From: Pseudomonadota bacterium
Lineage (GTDB): Bacteria > Pseudomonadota > Gammaproteobacteria > Burkholderiales > Rhodocyclaceae
Direction of reading: 5' to 3'
DNA: 64,000 nt
Assembly (NCBI GenBank): GCA_018261895.1
Contig: JAGTRT010000005.1
Location: 18,353 to 82,352, forward strand
Of this stretch, positions 30,229-40,820 are shown in pieces (the first letter of the stretch is position 1; the number at the start of each line of letters is the position of its first letter). The position numbers and the translations under genes are program-made. A model generated the notes under the pieces. The model worked only from the letters and a program-made list of their open reading frames with translations, did not search any database and was not told where the DNA came from.

Positions 30229-30302
30229 AATTGCTCCGGGTTACAAATTTTTGATTGTCGCCGGATCGCCCGGCAACTTGTTTTCTTAGGAGATTAAGGC
30301 AT

Positions 30303-31718
30303 ATGGCAACCCCGCAAGACGTCATCAAGATGATCAAGGAAAACGACGCAAAATTCGTCGATTTCCGCTTCACCGACACCCGTGGCAAGGAACAGCACGT
30401 CACCGTGCCCATCTCCGCCTTCGACGAAGACAAGTTTGAAAACGGTCACGCCTTCGACGGCTCCTCCATCGCTGGCTGGAAGGGTATTCAGGCTTCCGAC
30501 ATGCAACTGAACCCGGATCCGGACACCGCCTACATCGACCCGTTCTTCGACGAAACCACCGTTGTCCTGACCTGCGACGTCGTCGATCCGGCCGACGGCC
30601 GTGGTTACGACCGCGACCCGCGCTCCATCGCCAAGCGCGCTGAAGCCTACCTCAAGTCCTCTGGCATCGGTGACACCGCCTACTTCGGTCCGGAACCCGA
30701 ATTCTTCATTTTCGACGGCGTCGAATGGTCTGTCGACATGTCCGGCTGCTCCCTGAAGATCCACTCCGCTGAAGCGGCCTGGGGCTCGGGCGAAAGCAAC
30801 GAAGGTTCCGGTTCCACCGGCCACCGTCCGACCGTCAAGGGCGGCTACTTCCCGGTTCCCCCGGTCGACAGCCTGCACGACATCCGTTCGGCCATGGTCC
30901 TGACCCTGGAATCCCTGGGCGTGCCGGTCGAAGTTCATCACCACGAAGTGGCCAACGCCGGCCAGTGCGAAATCGGTACCGTTTTCAGCACCCTGGTCAA
31001 GCGCGCTGACTGGACCCAGATCCTGAAGTACGTGGTGCACAACGTTTCGCACCAGTATGGCAAGACCGCCACCTTCATGCCGAAGCCCATCGTTGGCGAC
31101 AACGGTTCCGGCATGCACGTTCACCAGTCCATCTGGAAGGACGGCAAGAACCTGTTCGCCGGTGACGGCTACGCCGGCCTGTCTGAAACCGCCCTGTTCT
31201 ACATCGGCGGCATCATCAAGCATGCCAAGGCCCTGAACGCCATCACCAACCCGGGTACCAACTCCTACAAGCGTCTGGTCCCGCACTACGAAGCTCCGGT
31301 CAAGCTGGCCTACTCCGCCAAGAACCGTTCTGCTTCCATCCGCATTCCGTACGTCGCCTCCACCAAGGCCCGTCGTATCGAGACCCGCTTCCCGGATCCG
31401 ATCGCCAATCCGTACCTGTGCTTCGCCGCGCTGCTGATGGCCGGCCTGGATGGTATCCAGAACAAGATTCACCCGGGCGATCCGGCTGACAAGAACCTGT
31501 ACGACCTGCCGCCGGAAGAGGATGCAAAAATCCCGACCGTCTGTGCCTCTCTCGAAGAAGCCCTGGCCTCCCTCGACAAGGATCGTGACTTCCTGACCCG
31601 TGGCGGTGTGTTCTCCAACGACTGGATCGATGCCTACATCACCCTGAAGATGGACGAAGTGAACAAGGTTCGCATGACGACCCACCCGGTCGAGTTCGAT
31701 CTGTACTACTCCTGCTAA
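30303..31718 (+). CDS. glnA: Glutamine synthetase type I
   Basis: [38 protein letters not shown]; AGGAG RBS. Confidence 0.98.
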   Translation: MATPQDVIKMIKENDAKFVDFRFTDTRGKEQHVTVPISAFDEDKFENGHAFDGSSIAGWKGIQASDMQLNPDPDTAYIDPFFDETTVVLTCDVVDPADGRGYDRDPRSIAKRAEAYLKSSGIGDTAYFGPEPEFFIFDGVEWSVDMSGCSLKIHSAEAAWGSGESNEGSGSTGHRPTVKGGYFPVPPVDSLHDIRSAMVLTLESLGVPVEVHHHEVANAGQCEIGTVFSTLVKRADWTQILKYVVHNVSHQYGKTATFMPKPIVGDNGSGMHVHQSIWKDGKNLFAGDGYAGLSETALFYIGGIIKHAKALNAITNPGTNSYKRLVPHYEAPVKLAYSAKNRSASIRIPYVASTKARRIETRFPDPIANPYLCFAALLMAGLDGIQNKIHPGDPADKNLYDLPPEEDAKIPTVCASLEEALASLDKDRDFLTRGGVFSNDWIDAYITLKMDEVNKVRMTTHPVEFDLYYSC

Positions 31719-31732
31719 TCAGCCAGGTAAGC

Positions 31733-31763
31733 AAAAAGGGCGGGGTTTCCCGCCCTTTTTTTG
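31733..31763 (+). terminator. Rho-independent terminator after glnA
   Basis: AAAAAGGGCGGG-gttt-CCCGCCCTTTTTTT. Confidence 0.85.
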
Positions 31764-31809
31764 TTTACTTTTTCCAGTCTCGGCCGTTAAGTCCGGTACA
31801 CTCAGAAAA

Positions 31810-32274
31810 TTGACAGGAATGATGACGATGACACGCAGTTTGCCCGCTCTGCTGATTGCCTTGTTGCCAATCTTGGCTTCGGCCCAGACGATCTACAAAT
31901 GTGTGGATGCCGGAGGCAGTACGACCTATTCGAGTTCGAAGCTCGACAAGAACTGCAAGGTCATCTCCAGCGGTGCGGAAAACGCCATGCCGGCACCCAA
32001 GGCAAAGCCGGCCGGGGCGGCAGCCAATCCATCGCCTGCAGGATTCCCGCGGGTGCAGGAAGATGCCCAGAAGGCGCGTGATGGTGACCGTCGCCACATC
32101 CTTGAGCAGGAACTGGCGGGCGAGCAGCGCAGCCTTGAACAGGCGCGCAAGGATTTGTCCGAGCAGCAAGCCGCCGGGGCATCCGCGGATCGTGTCGCGC
32201 CCTACCGAGATCGTGTCGGACAGCACGAACGCAATATTCAGGCGATTCAGAAGGAACTGGGGAATTTGAAATAG
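31810..32274 (+). CDS. DUF4124-like exported protein (start uncertain)
   Basis: Signal peptide, IYKCVDAGGSTTYS, coiled-coil C-terminus; usual neighbour of glnA in Betaproteobacteria. Confidence 0.75.
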   Translation: MTGMMTMTRSLPALLIALLPILASAQTIYKCVDAGGSTTYSSSKLDKNCKVISSGAENAMPAPKAKPAGAAANPSPAGFPRVQEDAQKARDGDRRHILEQELAGEQRSLEQARKDLSEQQAAGASADRVAPYRDRVGQHERNIQAIQKELGNLK

Positions 32275-32312
32275 TTGTTGGTTGTTAGGATCGAGCTGCT
32301 AGGTCAAGTTTG

Positions 32313-32338
32313 AGGGCGCCAAGGCGCCCTTTGCTTTT
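32313..32338. terminator. Hairpin between convergent genes, probable terminator
   Basis: AGGGCGCC-aa-GGCGCCCT followed by a T-rich run. Confidence 0.55.
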
Positions 32339-32346
32339 GCTATCAG

Positions 32347-35300
32347 CTAATTGCTCGATCCTCGATCCTCGATCCTGACCTTGTACCAGGCCGCATAGAG
32401 CGCGGGCAGGAAGAGCAGCGTCAGTGCCGTTGCGACGATCAGTCCGCCCATGATGGCTACGGCCATCGGCCCGAAGAAGTCATTTCTCGACAAGGGAATC
32501 ATGGCCAGGACGGCTGCCGCAGCGGTCAGCACAATCGGCCGGAAGCGACGGACGGTTGATTCGACAATCGCCTTGCGGCGCGGTTTTCCTGCGGCCATGT
32601 CCTGTTCTATCTGGTCGACGAGGATCACGGAATTGCGCATGATCATGCCAAACAGCGCGATGGTGCCAAGCAGCGCCATGAACCCGAATGGCTTGTTGAA
32701 GACCAGCAGGAACAGGGCAATGCCAATAATGCCGAGTGGCGCCGTCAGGAGAACCATGACGACGCGGGAAACGCTCTGCAACTGGATCATCAGGATGGTG
32801 ATGACCGCCAGTACGAAGAGCGGAATCCCCGCCATGACGGAGCCGGAGCCTTTGGAGGATTCCTCGACCGAGCCGCCGGTCGCAATGCGATAGCCCTCGG
32901 GAAGCGCCGCCTGAATCGCCTCGATTTCGGGCTTGATGCGGTCCACGACGGTAGCGGGCTGTATCTTTCCGTAAAGGTTGCCGCGAACCGTGATGGTCGG
33001 CTGGCGATCCCGGCGCCAGATCAGGCCAGGCTCGAAACCGTGTTTCAGGCGGGCAATCTGGCTCAGCGGGACGCTTTTGCCGGTGCGTGTCGGCACCGCA
33101 AGATCATCGAGCGACGATAGGTGGCTGCGTTCCTCGCGGTCGCCCCGCAGAATCACGTCGATGCTCTTTTCGCCTTCACGATACGTGCTGACGGTGTAGC
33201 CCGTCAGCGACATGTTGAGCAGATTGGCAATGTCCTGGCTTGATACCCCGAGCAGGCGTGCCTTGTCCTGATCGATTTCGATTTCGACGGACTTCGACAA
33301 TTCGCTCCAGTCGACATTGACGTTGGAGATTTCGGCGTTCTGCCGCATGACCGAAGTGATTTGTGCGGCAATTTTGCGCAGTGTTGGAACGTCTTCGCCC
33401 GAAATGCGGTATTGAATCGGGTAGCCGACCGGCGGTCCGTTCTCGATACGGGCAATGTTGCCCCGGGCGGCGAAGGCGCCCGTCTCGAACAGGTGGATCA
33501 GTCGGGCGCGCAAGGCTTCACGGGCCTTGTCGTCGTGCGTCACAATGACGAACTGTCCGACATTGGTCGCCGGCAACTGCTGATCGAGGCCAAGGTAGTA
33601 GCGCGGAGAGCCGGAGCCGATATAGGCGATGAAATGCGAGAACTGGTCATGTTCGGCCTTGTCCTTGGCGAGCCAATCCTCCAGTCGCTTCACTTCGGAA
33701 TCGATGGCGCTGATCGAAGCGCCTTCGGGCAGGCGAAGCTCGACATTCAGCTCGAGGCGCGTCGAGTTCGGGAAAAACTGCTTTTGCACCTTGATCATCC
33801 CGACTATCGAGAGCGCGAACAGAACGACCGTCATGCCGATCACCAGCCAGCGACGGCTGACGCACCAGGCGACCAGGCGGCGAAAGCGGTTGTAGAACGA
33901 TGTGCCATAAACGTCATGATCTTCGGCGTGACCGGGGCCGTTCATGCCGAGTTTGTCCAGCAATCCGGCCAGTCGCGGGAAGCGTCGATCAATGCTGCCG
34001 GGTGCGCGTACTGCATGCGGGTTGGGCAACAGCTTGTAGCCAAGCCAGGGAATGGCGATGACGGCCGCCAGCCAGGAAATCAGCAGTGCTACGGCATTGA
34101 TCTGGAAAAAGGCGAAGGCGTATTCTCCTGTAGACGACTTGGCGAGGGCGATGGGAATGAACCCGGCGACGGTGACCAGCGTGCCCGACAGCATCGGCCC
34201 GGCGGTACTGGTGTAGGCGAAGGAGGCGGCCCGGGTTCGTTCCCATCCCTGCTCCATCTTCACCCACATCATTTCGACGGCAATGATCGCGTCGTCGACC
34301 AGCAGGCCAAGGGCCAGCACCAGGGCGCCAAGCGACACCTTGTGCAGCCCGACGTTGAGCAGATACATCGCAAGGAAGGTGGCGGAGAGAACAAGGGGGA
34401 TGGAAACGGCGACAACGAGCCCGGTGCGAATGCCCAGGCTGATGAAGGTGACCAGCAATACCACCACGACGGCCTCATTCAAAGCATGGGTAAAGGCCGA
34501 CACCGAGCGTTCGACTGCCTCCGGCTGGCTGGCGGCCACGCCGATCTCTACGCCTACCGGCAAGGCGGCCTGCAAGTGGGCGACACGGCTTGCCAATTCC
34601 TTGCCGAGCTGGATGATGTCACCTCCCTTTGCCATGGACACCCCGATGGCCAGGGCGCGCTTTCCGCCAAAGCGAACCTGGGTTGCCGGCGGATCGATGG
34701 CGCCGCGTCGAATGTTGGCGATGTCACCCAGGCGGAAACTGCGCGTGCCTGAGCGAATGAGGATGTCGGATACCGCCTGAACGCTGTCCAGGGAACCGCT
34801 GGGGCGAAGCTGGATGCGTTCGCTGGCAGTCTCGAAAAACCCTGCTCCCGCAACGGCATTCTGCTGATTGATCGCCTGAATGATGGTGGTCTGGTCGATG
34901 CCCAGCGTGGCGAGCTTGGTATTCGAGAGTTCGATGTAAATCCGCTCGTCCTGGATGCCGAATATTTCGACTTTCCCGACCTGCGGTACGCGTAACAGCT
35001 CGTCGCGAATGCGCTCGGCCATGTCTTTCAGTTGCGGATAGTCGAGCCCATCGCCCGTCAAAGCGTAGATGTTGCCAAAAACGTCGCCGAATTCATCGTT
35101 GAAAAATGGCCCCTGAACGCCGACTGGCAGGGTGTGACGGATATCGCCGATTTTTTTGCGCACCTGATAAAAGACGTCGGGGACGCTGGCTGCCGGCGTG
35201 CTGTCCTTGGCAAAGAACATCACCGTCGACTCGCCGGGGCGGGAGAAACTGGAGACACGGTCGATATACGGCGTTTCCTGGAGCTTCTTCTCGATCTTGT

Positions 35301-35505
35301 CGGTCAGCTGAAGCTCGACCTGGCGGGCGGTGGCGCCGGGCCAGAAGCTGCGGATGACCATGATCTTGAAGGTGAATGGCGGGTCTTCAGCCTGCCCCAG
35401 CCGGCCGTAGGCGAACACCCCCATGAGTGCAATGGCGAGCAGGAAATAGCCAACCAGGGTGCGGTGGTGCAGGGTCCAGTCGGAGAGATTGAAGCGCTGG
35501 CTCAC
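32347..35505 (-). CDS. RND efflux transporter permease (AcrB/AcrD/AcrF family)
   Basis: 1052 aa, GLLVDDAII, RFRPIVLT, MAVAIMGGL. Confidence 0.93.
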   Translation of the reverse strand: MSQRFNLSDWTLHHRTLVGYFLLAIALMGVFAYGRLGQAEDPPFTFKIMVIRSFWPGATARQVELQLTDKIEKKLQETPYIDRVSSFSRPGESTVMFFAKDSTPAASVPDVFYQVRKKIGDIRHTLPVGVQGPFFNDEFGDVFGNIYALTGDGLDYPQLKDMAERIRDELLRVPQVGKVEIFGIQDERIYIELSNTKLATLGIDQTTIIQAINQQNAVAGAGFFETASERIQLRPSGSLDSVQAVSDILIRSGTRSFRLGDIANIRRGAIDPPATQVRFGGKRALAIGVSMAKGGDIIQLGKELASRVAHLQAALPVGVEIGVAASQPEAVERSVSAFTHALNEAVVVVLLVTFISLGIRTGLVVAVSIPLVLSATFLAMYLLNVGLHKVSLGALVLALGLLVDDAIIAVEMMWVKMEQGWERTRAASFAYTSTAGPMLSGTLVTVAGFIPIALAKSSTGEYAFAFFQINAVALLISWLAAVIAIPWLGYKLLPNPHAVRAPGSIDRRFPRLAGLLDKLGMNGPGHAEDHDVYGTSFYNRFRRLVAWCVSRRWLVIGMTVVLFALSIVGMIKVQKQFFPNSTRLELNVELRLPEGASISAIDSEVKRLEDWLAKDKAEHDQFSHFIAYIGSGSPRYYLGLDQQLPATNVGQFVIVTHDDKAREALRARLIHLFETGAFAARGNIARIENGPPVGYPIQYRISGEDVPTLRKIAAQITSVMRQNAEISNVNVDWSELSKSVEIEIDQDKARLLGVSSQDIANLLNMSLTGYTVSTYREGEKSIDVILRGDREERSHLSSLDDLAVPTRTGKSVPLSQIARLKHGFEPGLIWRRDRQPTITVRGNLYGKIQPATVVDRIKPEIEAIQAALPEGYRIATGGSVEESSKGSGSVMAGIPLFVLAVITILMIQLQSVSRVVMVLLTAPLGIIGIALFLLVFNKPFGFMALLGTIALFGMIMRNSVILVDQIEQDMAAGKPRRKAIVESTVRRFRPIVLTAAAAVLAMIPLSRNDFFGPMAVAIMGGLIVATALTLLFLPALYAAWYKVRIEDRGSSN

Positions 35506-35508
35506 GGT

Positions 35509-36597
35509 CTAGCGCTGCTGACCGGGCGTCGTGGCAGGCTTCGCCAGAACTTCCTGGCCGTCGGCCAGCGATCCCGTGCCGCTGATGATGACCTGCTCAC
35601 CTGCTGTCAGGCCGCCAGCCAGTTCAACGCCATCCTCGCGATAGCGCCCAACTTTTACAGGCCGTGATGCGACTTTGCCTTCCATTACGATGCGAACAGC
35701 CGGGCCACTTCCGTTGTCAATGACCGCGGACAGGGGAACCACGATGGGGGATTCCTGCGTGCTGGCCAGGGCTACGCGCGCCGTCATGCCCAGCCGTACG
35801 TCAGGTGGCGGATTGAGAATGCGGATGCGTGCCGCGTAGGTGCGGGTGACGGGGTCTGCCACCGGAGCGAGTTCGCGCAATTCGCCGCGCAGCGCAAGCG
35901 AGGGATCGGCCCACAGGCTGACGCTCAGGGTCTTGCTTGCCTTGAGTTCGCCAAGCCGGCTTTCCGGAATGGCGATTGCGACTTCCTTTTCCTCGGGCCG
36001 AGCGATACGCAGCACGGCTTGCCCGGCACCGACAACCTGTCCGGCGTCGGCGACGACGGCGGTCACGATGGCCGGGAATTCGCTGCTCAATGTTCCGTAG
36101 CTGGCCTGGTTACCGCTGATGCGGCTCTGCGAGCGGGCTTGTTCCAGCCTGGCTTGGGCACTGTTGAAGGCATTTTCCTTGGCATCGAATGCAGCCTGGC
36201 TGACAAATTTTTTGGTTAGCAGGCCGGCGTAGCGTTCGCGTTCGGCCCGTGCCGTTGCGTGATCGCTTTCGGCTGCGGCCAGTTGCGCGCGGGCAGCAGA
36301 GGCTGCCAGTTCGAGGTCGGCCGGATCCAGCCTGGCAAGCGCTTGTCCCGCCCTGATCTCGGCCCCCGCGTCGACCAGGCGGGCGGCGATTTTGCCGCCT
36401 ACCCGAAACGAAAGATCAACCTCGTGGCGGGCGCGAACTTCGCCGGTATAAACCCCGGCCGCTTGTGGAGCGCTTGCTGCCGCCTGGACCAGTACGCTGC
36501 GCGGAGCGGGCGGCGGTGCTTCGCCTGAACTGCAGCCTGCCAGGATTGCGGCGAGGGCCGTCAGCAGGGTGGCAGCGCGAGGCGTGAACAGGGTCAT
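35509..36597 (-). CDS. RND efflux periplasmic adaptor (MFP) lipoprotein
   Basis: Lipobox LAGC, FRVGGKI..RLVD.G..GQALARLD. Confidence 0.9.
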   Translation of the reverse strand: MTLFTPRAATLLTALAAILAGCSSGEAPPPAPRSVLVQAAASAPQAAGVYTGEVRARHEVDLSFRVGGKIAARLVDAGAEIRAGQALARLDPADLELAASAARAQLAAAESDHATARAERERYAGLLTKKFVSQAAFDAKENAFNSAQARLEQARSQSRISGNQASYGTLSSEFPAIVTAVVADAGQVVGAGQAVLRIARPEEKEVAIAIPESRLGELKASKTLSVSLWADPSLALRGELRELAPVADPVTRTYAARIRILNPPPDVRLGMTARVALASTQESPIVVPLSAVIDNGSGPAVRIVMEGKVASRPVKVGRYREDGVELAGGLTAGEQVIISGTGSLADGQEVLAKPATTPGQQR

Positions 36598-36629
36598 GGC
36601 TAGAGGTCCGTTGGACAGATGGGTGATGA

Positions 36630-36649
36630 TAATGAACGATCGGTCAGTA
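36630..36649. promoter_or_regulatory. Near-palindromic operator-like site between the MFP gene and ntrB
   Basis: TAATGAACGATCGGTCAGTA (8 of 10 pairs); resembles TetR-type operators. Confidence 0.4.
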
Positions 36650-36688
36650 ATGCAAGTTGTGATCTGCCTTGAGGCCCAAATCGCTACA

Positions 36689-37759
36689 ATGACGACCATG
36701 AACGTTACTCATTCTTCGTTTGCCGGCCTCGATCTGCTGGCTTCGGCGGTACTGCTGCTGGATGATGAACTGGCGATCCGCTACATCAACGCGGCGGGCG
36801 AGAATCTGCTCGCGGTCAGTGGTCGTGCCGTTCTGGGCAAGACGCTGACAGTTGTGTGCACCTGCTCGGCAACCTTGCAATCGGCCCTGGATAACGGGCT
36901 CGAGAACAACTGGGGCTACACCGGGCAGAACATCGAGTTGAAGCGTAGCGATGGTGAAGTACTCAACATCAATTGCACGGTCACGCCCTTGCGTCGGGAT
37001 ATTGCACCGGGTGTTCGTCTGTTGCTCGAATTGCAGCCCATTCAGCATCATCTGGCGGCGACGCGCGAGGAGCGCCTGATCGAGCAGCAGCAGGTCAGCC
37101 GCGAACTGATCCGCAATCTGGCGCATGAAATCAAGAACCCGCTCGGCGGTATTCGGGGGGCGGCGCAGTTGCTTGAGCACGAATTGGCGAATCCATCGCT
37201 CAAGGAGTACACGCAAGTCATCATCAAGGAGGCGGATCGCCTGCAGGACTTGATGCAGCGACTGCTGACGCCGCATCGGGCGATGCTGCCGACGACGGTC
37301 AACATCCACGAAATCCTGGAACGGGTGCGTAGCCTGCTGACTGCGGAGTTTCCCGGTTCGCTCAGTGTGCGTCGCGATTACGACACGAGTTTGCCGGAGC
37401 TGGTGGGCGACCGGGAACAATTGATTCAGGCCGTACTCAATATTGCCCGCAATGCTGCACAGGCCATGGGCGGGGAAGGGGAAATCGTGCTTCGTACGCG
37501 CTCCTTGCGACAGGTGACCCTGGCCAAGAAGCGTTACCGTCTGGCCATGGAAATCAAGGTGATCGACAACGGGCCCGGCATTCCGGATGAAATCCGCGAG
37601 CGCATGTTCTATCCCCTGGTTTCCGGGCGCGAAGGCGGTAGCGGGCTGGGGCTGACCATCGCCCAGAATTTCATTCAGCATCATCACGGGACGATCAACT
37701 GCGTCAGTCGTCCGGGGCATACCGTCTTCACGCTGAACCTGCCTGTCGAGCAGGCTTGA
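36689..37759 (+). CDS. glnL: Nitrogen regulation sensor kinase NtrB
   Basis: PAS domain, LAHEIKNPLGGIRGAAQLL, DNGPGI, GSGLGL. Confidence 0.95.
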   Translation: MTTMNVTHSSFAGLDLLASAVLLLDDELAIRYINAAGENLLAVSGRAVLGKTLTVVCTCSATLQSALDNGLENNWGYTGQNIELKRSDGEVLNINCTVTPLRRDIAPGVRLLLELQPIQHHLAATREERLIEQQQVSRELIRNLAHEIKNPLGGIRGAAQLLEHELANPSLKEYTQVIIKEADRLQDLMQRLLTPHRAMLPTTVNIHEILERVRSLLTAEFPGSLSVRRDYDTSLPELVGDREQLIQAVLNIARNAAQAMGGEGEIVLRTRSLRQVTLAKKRYRLAMEIKVIDNGPGIPDEIRERMFYPLVSGREGGSGLGLTIAQNFIQHHHGTINCVSRPGHTVFTLNLPVEQA

Positions 37760-37808
37760 GTTTTGCTTCGGTAAAGGCCATTCTGAAAACAAAATGAGCC
37801 TGCCAAAT

Positions 37809-39221
37809 ATGAAACCGGTCTGGATCGTAGACGACGATCGTTCTATCCGTTGGGTACTGGAAAAAACCCTCTCCCGCGAGGGTATTCCGTTCAAGAGTTT
37901 TGCCTCGGCCAGTGAGGCTATTTCGCAGCTGGAACAGGGTATCGAGCCGCCACAGGTGCTGATGTCGGACATCCGCATGCCCGGCCAGTCGGGGCTGGAG
38001 CTTCTGCAGGAGGTGAAAACCCGTTTTCCGTCGGTACCGGTCATCATCATGACGGCCTATTCCGATCTGGAAAGTGCGGTGGCTGCCTTCCAGGGCGGCG
38101 CCTTCGAATATCTGCCGAAGCCCTTCGACGTCGATCAGGCGGTGGAGTTGATTCGGCGAGCCATTGATGAGTCAATGCACCAAAGCGGTGCAGCGGAGGA
38201 AGAGGGGTTGGTGCCGGAGATCCTCGGTCAGGCCCCTGCCATGCAGGAAGTCTTCCGGGCCATCGGCCGTTTGGCGCTGTCGCACGCGACGGTGCTGATT
38301 ACCGGCGAGTCGGGGTCAGGCAAGGAACTCGTGGCACGTGCGCTGCATCGCCATAGCCCGCGCGCCGACAAGCCGTTCATCGCCATCAACACGGCGGCGA
38401 TTCCCAAGGATTTGCTGGAGTCTGAATTGTTCGGCCACGAGCGCGGTGCGTTCACCGGCGCCCAGGCCCAGCGGCGCGGGCGTTTCGAGCAGGCCGAGAG
38501 CGGTACGCTGTTCCTCGATGAAATCGGCGACATGCCAGCCGAACTGCAGACCCGTCTGTTGCGGGTCTTGTCGGATGGGCATTTCTACCGCGTCGGTGGT
38601 CATTCGCCGATCAAGGCCAACGTTCGGGTCATCGCGGCGACGCACCAGAATCTCGACACGCGGGTCAAGGATGGCTTGTTCCGCGAAGACTTGTTTCATC
38701 GCCTGAACGTCATTCGCATTCGCCTGCCGGCCTTGCGTGAGCGCCGGGAAGACATTCCCCTGCTGGCGCGCCACTTCCTGCAGAAGAGCGCGCGGGAACT
38801 CGGCGTGGAAACCAAGCGACTGACCGATGCGGCCCTGAAATACATGAGCGGCCTCGATTTCCAGGGTAATGTCCGCCAGCTTGAGAATCTCTGTCACTGG
38901 CTGACCGTGATGGCGCCGGGACAGCAGGTCGACGTCAGCGACCTGCCGGGCGAGTTGCGCGAATCCACCCCCGTTTCGCTGGTCACCGACTGGGAGAGCG
39001 CGCTGGAAGGCGAGGCCGACCGCCTGTTGGCGCGTGGCGTGCCGGATATCCATGGCGTCCTGTCGCAGATTTTCGAGCGCATCCTGATCTCGCGGGCGCT
39101 GGCGCATACCGGCGGACGCCGGATCGAGGCGGCGCAGGCGCTGGGGATCGGTCGCAACACGATCACCCGCAAGATTGCCGAACTCGGCATTGATGGCGGC
39201 AAGGAGCACGCGGCGGAGTAG
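37809..39221 (+). CDS. glnG: Nitrogen regulation response regulator NtrC
   Basis: WIVDDDRSIRWVL, GESGSGKE, GAFTGA, C-terminal HTH GRNTITRK. Confidence 0.96.
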   Translation: MKPVWIVDDDRSIRWVLEKTLSREGIPFKSFASASEAISQLEQGIEPPQVLMSDIRMPGQSGLELLQEVKTRFPSVPVIIMTAYSDLESAVAAFQGGAFEYLPKPFDVDQAVELIRRAIDESMHQSGAAEEEGLVPEILGQAPAMQEVFRAIGRLALSHATVLITGESGSGKELVARALHRHSPRADKPFIAINTAAIPKDLLESELFGHERGAFTGAQAQRRGRFEQAESGTLFLDEIGDMPAELQTRLLRVLSDGHFYRVGGHSPIKANVRVIAATHQNLDTRVKDGLFREDLFHRLNVIRIRLPALRERREDIPLLARHFLQKSARELGVETKRLTDAALKYMSGLDFQGNVRQLENLCHWLTVMAPGQQVDVSDLPGELRESTPVSLVTDWESALEGEADRLLARGVPDIHGVLSQIFERILISRALAHTGGRRIEAAQALGIGRNTITRKIAELGIDGGKEHAAE

Positions 39222-39231
39222 AATCCGCCGC

Positions 39232-40050
39232 ATGACACTGATCGATCCTGTCTTGCTGAAGACCCGGCTGGGTGCGCTGGCCGGGCGTTTCGACGTAGAC
39301 GCGCTGGCTGAATGCGACTCGACGAGCAGCGAATTGATGCGCCGGGCCGAGCGCGGTGCGCCGTCGGGAACGGTGGTCGTCGCCGACCGGCAAAGTGCCG
39401 GCCGCGGGCGGCGCGGACGCAACTGGCTTTCGTCGCCGGAATCCAGCCTGACCTTTTCCGTGTTGTGGCGCTTTCCCGGCAATGCGGCCGGGCTGAGTGG
39501 CCTGTCGCTGGCGGTGGGCGTCGCACTGGCCGAGGCGATGGAAAACCTCGGGGCCAGCGGGGTTTGCCTGAAATGGCCGAACGACGTGCTGCTGCGCACC
39601 GGTGATGGTTTTGCCAAGCTGGCCGGCATCCTCATCGAGCTGTCGTCCGATCGTCGCGGAACGCAGGCGATCATCGGCATCGGCCTCAATCTCCTGCCGC
39701 CTGTCGATGAACTGCCGCAGCCGGCCGCCGGCTTGAGCCAGGCTTGTGCGCAGTCCGTCGATCGCTATGCCGTGCTGGCCGCCGTGCTTGTCCAGTTGGC
39801 CGCGGTTCTCGACGATTTCACGGTCAACCGGTTTTTTTGCCTAAAAATGAAATGGCAGCGTTACCACGCCTGGCAGGATTTGCCCGTGCAACTGATCGGC
39901 GATGGCGACACGCCGACGTTGGGGCGCTGTCTCGGCGTCGATGACGATGGCGCCTTGCTGCTTGAAACCGCCAGCGGGATCGAACGCATCCTCTCAGGCG
40001 ACGTCAGCCTGCGCCCTGCTGGTAGCAAGATGGAAGGGCGCTCTGCATGA
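39232..40050 (+). CDS. birA: Biotin--[acetyl-CoA-carboxylase] ligase (no N-terminal HTH)
   Basis: QSAGRGRRGRNW, LKWPND, KLAGILIE, GIGLN. Confidence 0.92.
   Translation: MTLIDPVLLKTRLGALAGRFDVDALAECDSTSSELMRRAERGAPSGTVVVADRQSAGRGRRGRNWLSSPESSLTFSVLWRFPGNAAGLSGLSLAVGVALAEAMENLGASGVCLKWPNDVLLRTGDGFAKLAGILIELSSDRRGTQAIIGIGLNLLPPVDELPQPAAGLSQACAQSVDRYAVLAAVLVQLAAVLDDFTVNRFFCLKMKWQRYHAWQDLPVQLIGDGDTPTLGRCLGVDDDGALLLETASGIERILSGDVSLRPAGSKMEGRSA
39820..39853 (+). repeat. Dispersed 34-bp motif, copy 5 (inside birA, sense)
   Basis: ACGGTCAACCGG TTTTTT TGCCT AAAAAT GAAAT; the first A6 tract is T6 here. Confidence 0.85.
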
Positions 40051-40763
40051 TCGTTTGCTTGGACAGCGGTAACAGCCGCATCAAATGGGGCGTGCATGAC
40101 GGTGTGAAGTGGCAGGCCCAGGGGGCGCTGGCGCATGACGATGTCGGGCAGTTGGGCCAATTGCTCGCCGACTGGCCGCAGCCGGAGCGGGTCATGCTGG
40201 CCAATGTTGCCGGTGCCGAGGCCGGCGAGCGGATTCGTGCGCAGCTCGCGGCATGGTTGCCATGCTTGCAGGAAGTACGAGCCGAGCCGGCGCGGGCCGG
40301 CGTCCGGAATCATTACCGGAATCCCGGGCAACTGGGCGTCGATCGCTGGTGCGCGCTGATCGGTGCCCGCAGTCTGAGCCCGTCCGCCGCCATCGTGGTC
40401 ATGGCCGGCACCGCAACGACCATCGACGCGCTCGACGCCGACGGCCACTTCCTGGGCGGCATGATCCTGCCCGGGGGCGATCTGATGCGCCGTTCGCTCG
40501 CCGTCGATACGGCCGGGCTACCTTTCGCAGATGGTTGTCACGATGCCTTCCCGCGCTGTACCGACGATGCCATCGTCACCGGCGTCATCGAGGCCCAGGT
40601 TGGCGCCATCGAGCGGGCCTGGCAGCGGCTGGGCAATGTCGACAAGGTCTGTTTCCTGTCGGGCGGGAATGCCGCCAGCCTGGCGCCCCACTTGAACATC
40701 CGCTGGCGCTCGGTGGCCAATCTTCCCCTGGAGGGATTGCTCCGTTTGGCGCGCGAGGCTTGA
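40047..40763 (+). CDS. coaX: Type III pantothenate kinase
   Basis: LDSGNSRIKW, LGVDRW, GTATTID, GGMILPG. Confidence 0.92.
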   Translation: MIVCLDSGNSRIKWGVHDGVKWQAQGALAHDDVGQLGQLLADWPQPERVMLANVAGAEAGERIRAQLAAWLPCLQEVRAEPARAGVRNHYRNPGQLGVDRWCALIGARSLSPSAAIVVMAGTATTIDALDADGHFLGGMILPGGDLMRRSLAVDTAGLPFADGCHDAFPRCTDDAIVTGVIEAQVGAIERAWQRLGNVDKVCFLSGGNAASLAPHLNIRWRSVANLPLEGLLRLAREA

Positions 40764-40820
40764 ACAAAGCGCGGCAAGCGGTGACAATCCGCTGTCATTG
40801 CGTCACCTCCGGGAGATTCC

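Noticed and set aside
37295-37330. ACGGTCAAC inside ntrB matches the first 9 bp of the dispersed motif
   Set aside because: It is followed by ATCCACGAAATCC, without CGG or the phased A/T tracts, and is explained by codons for TVNIHE.
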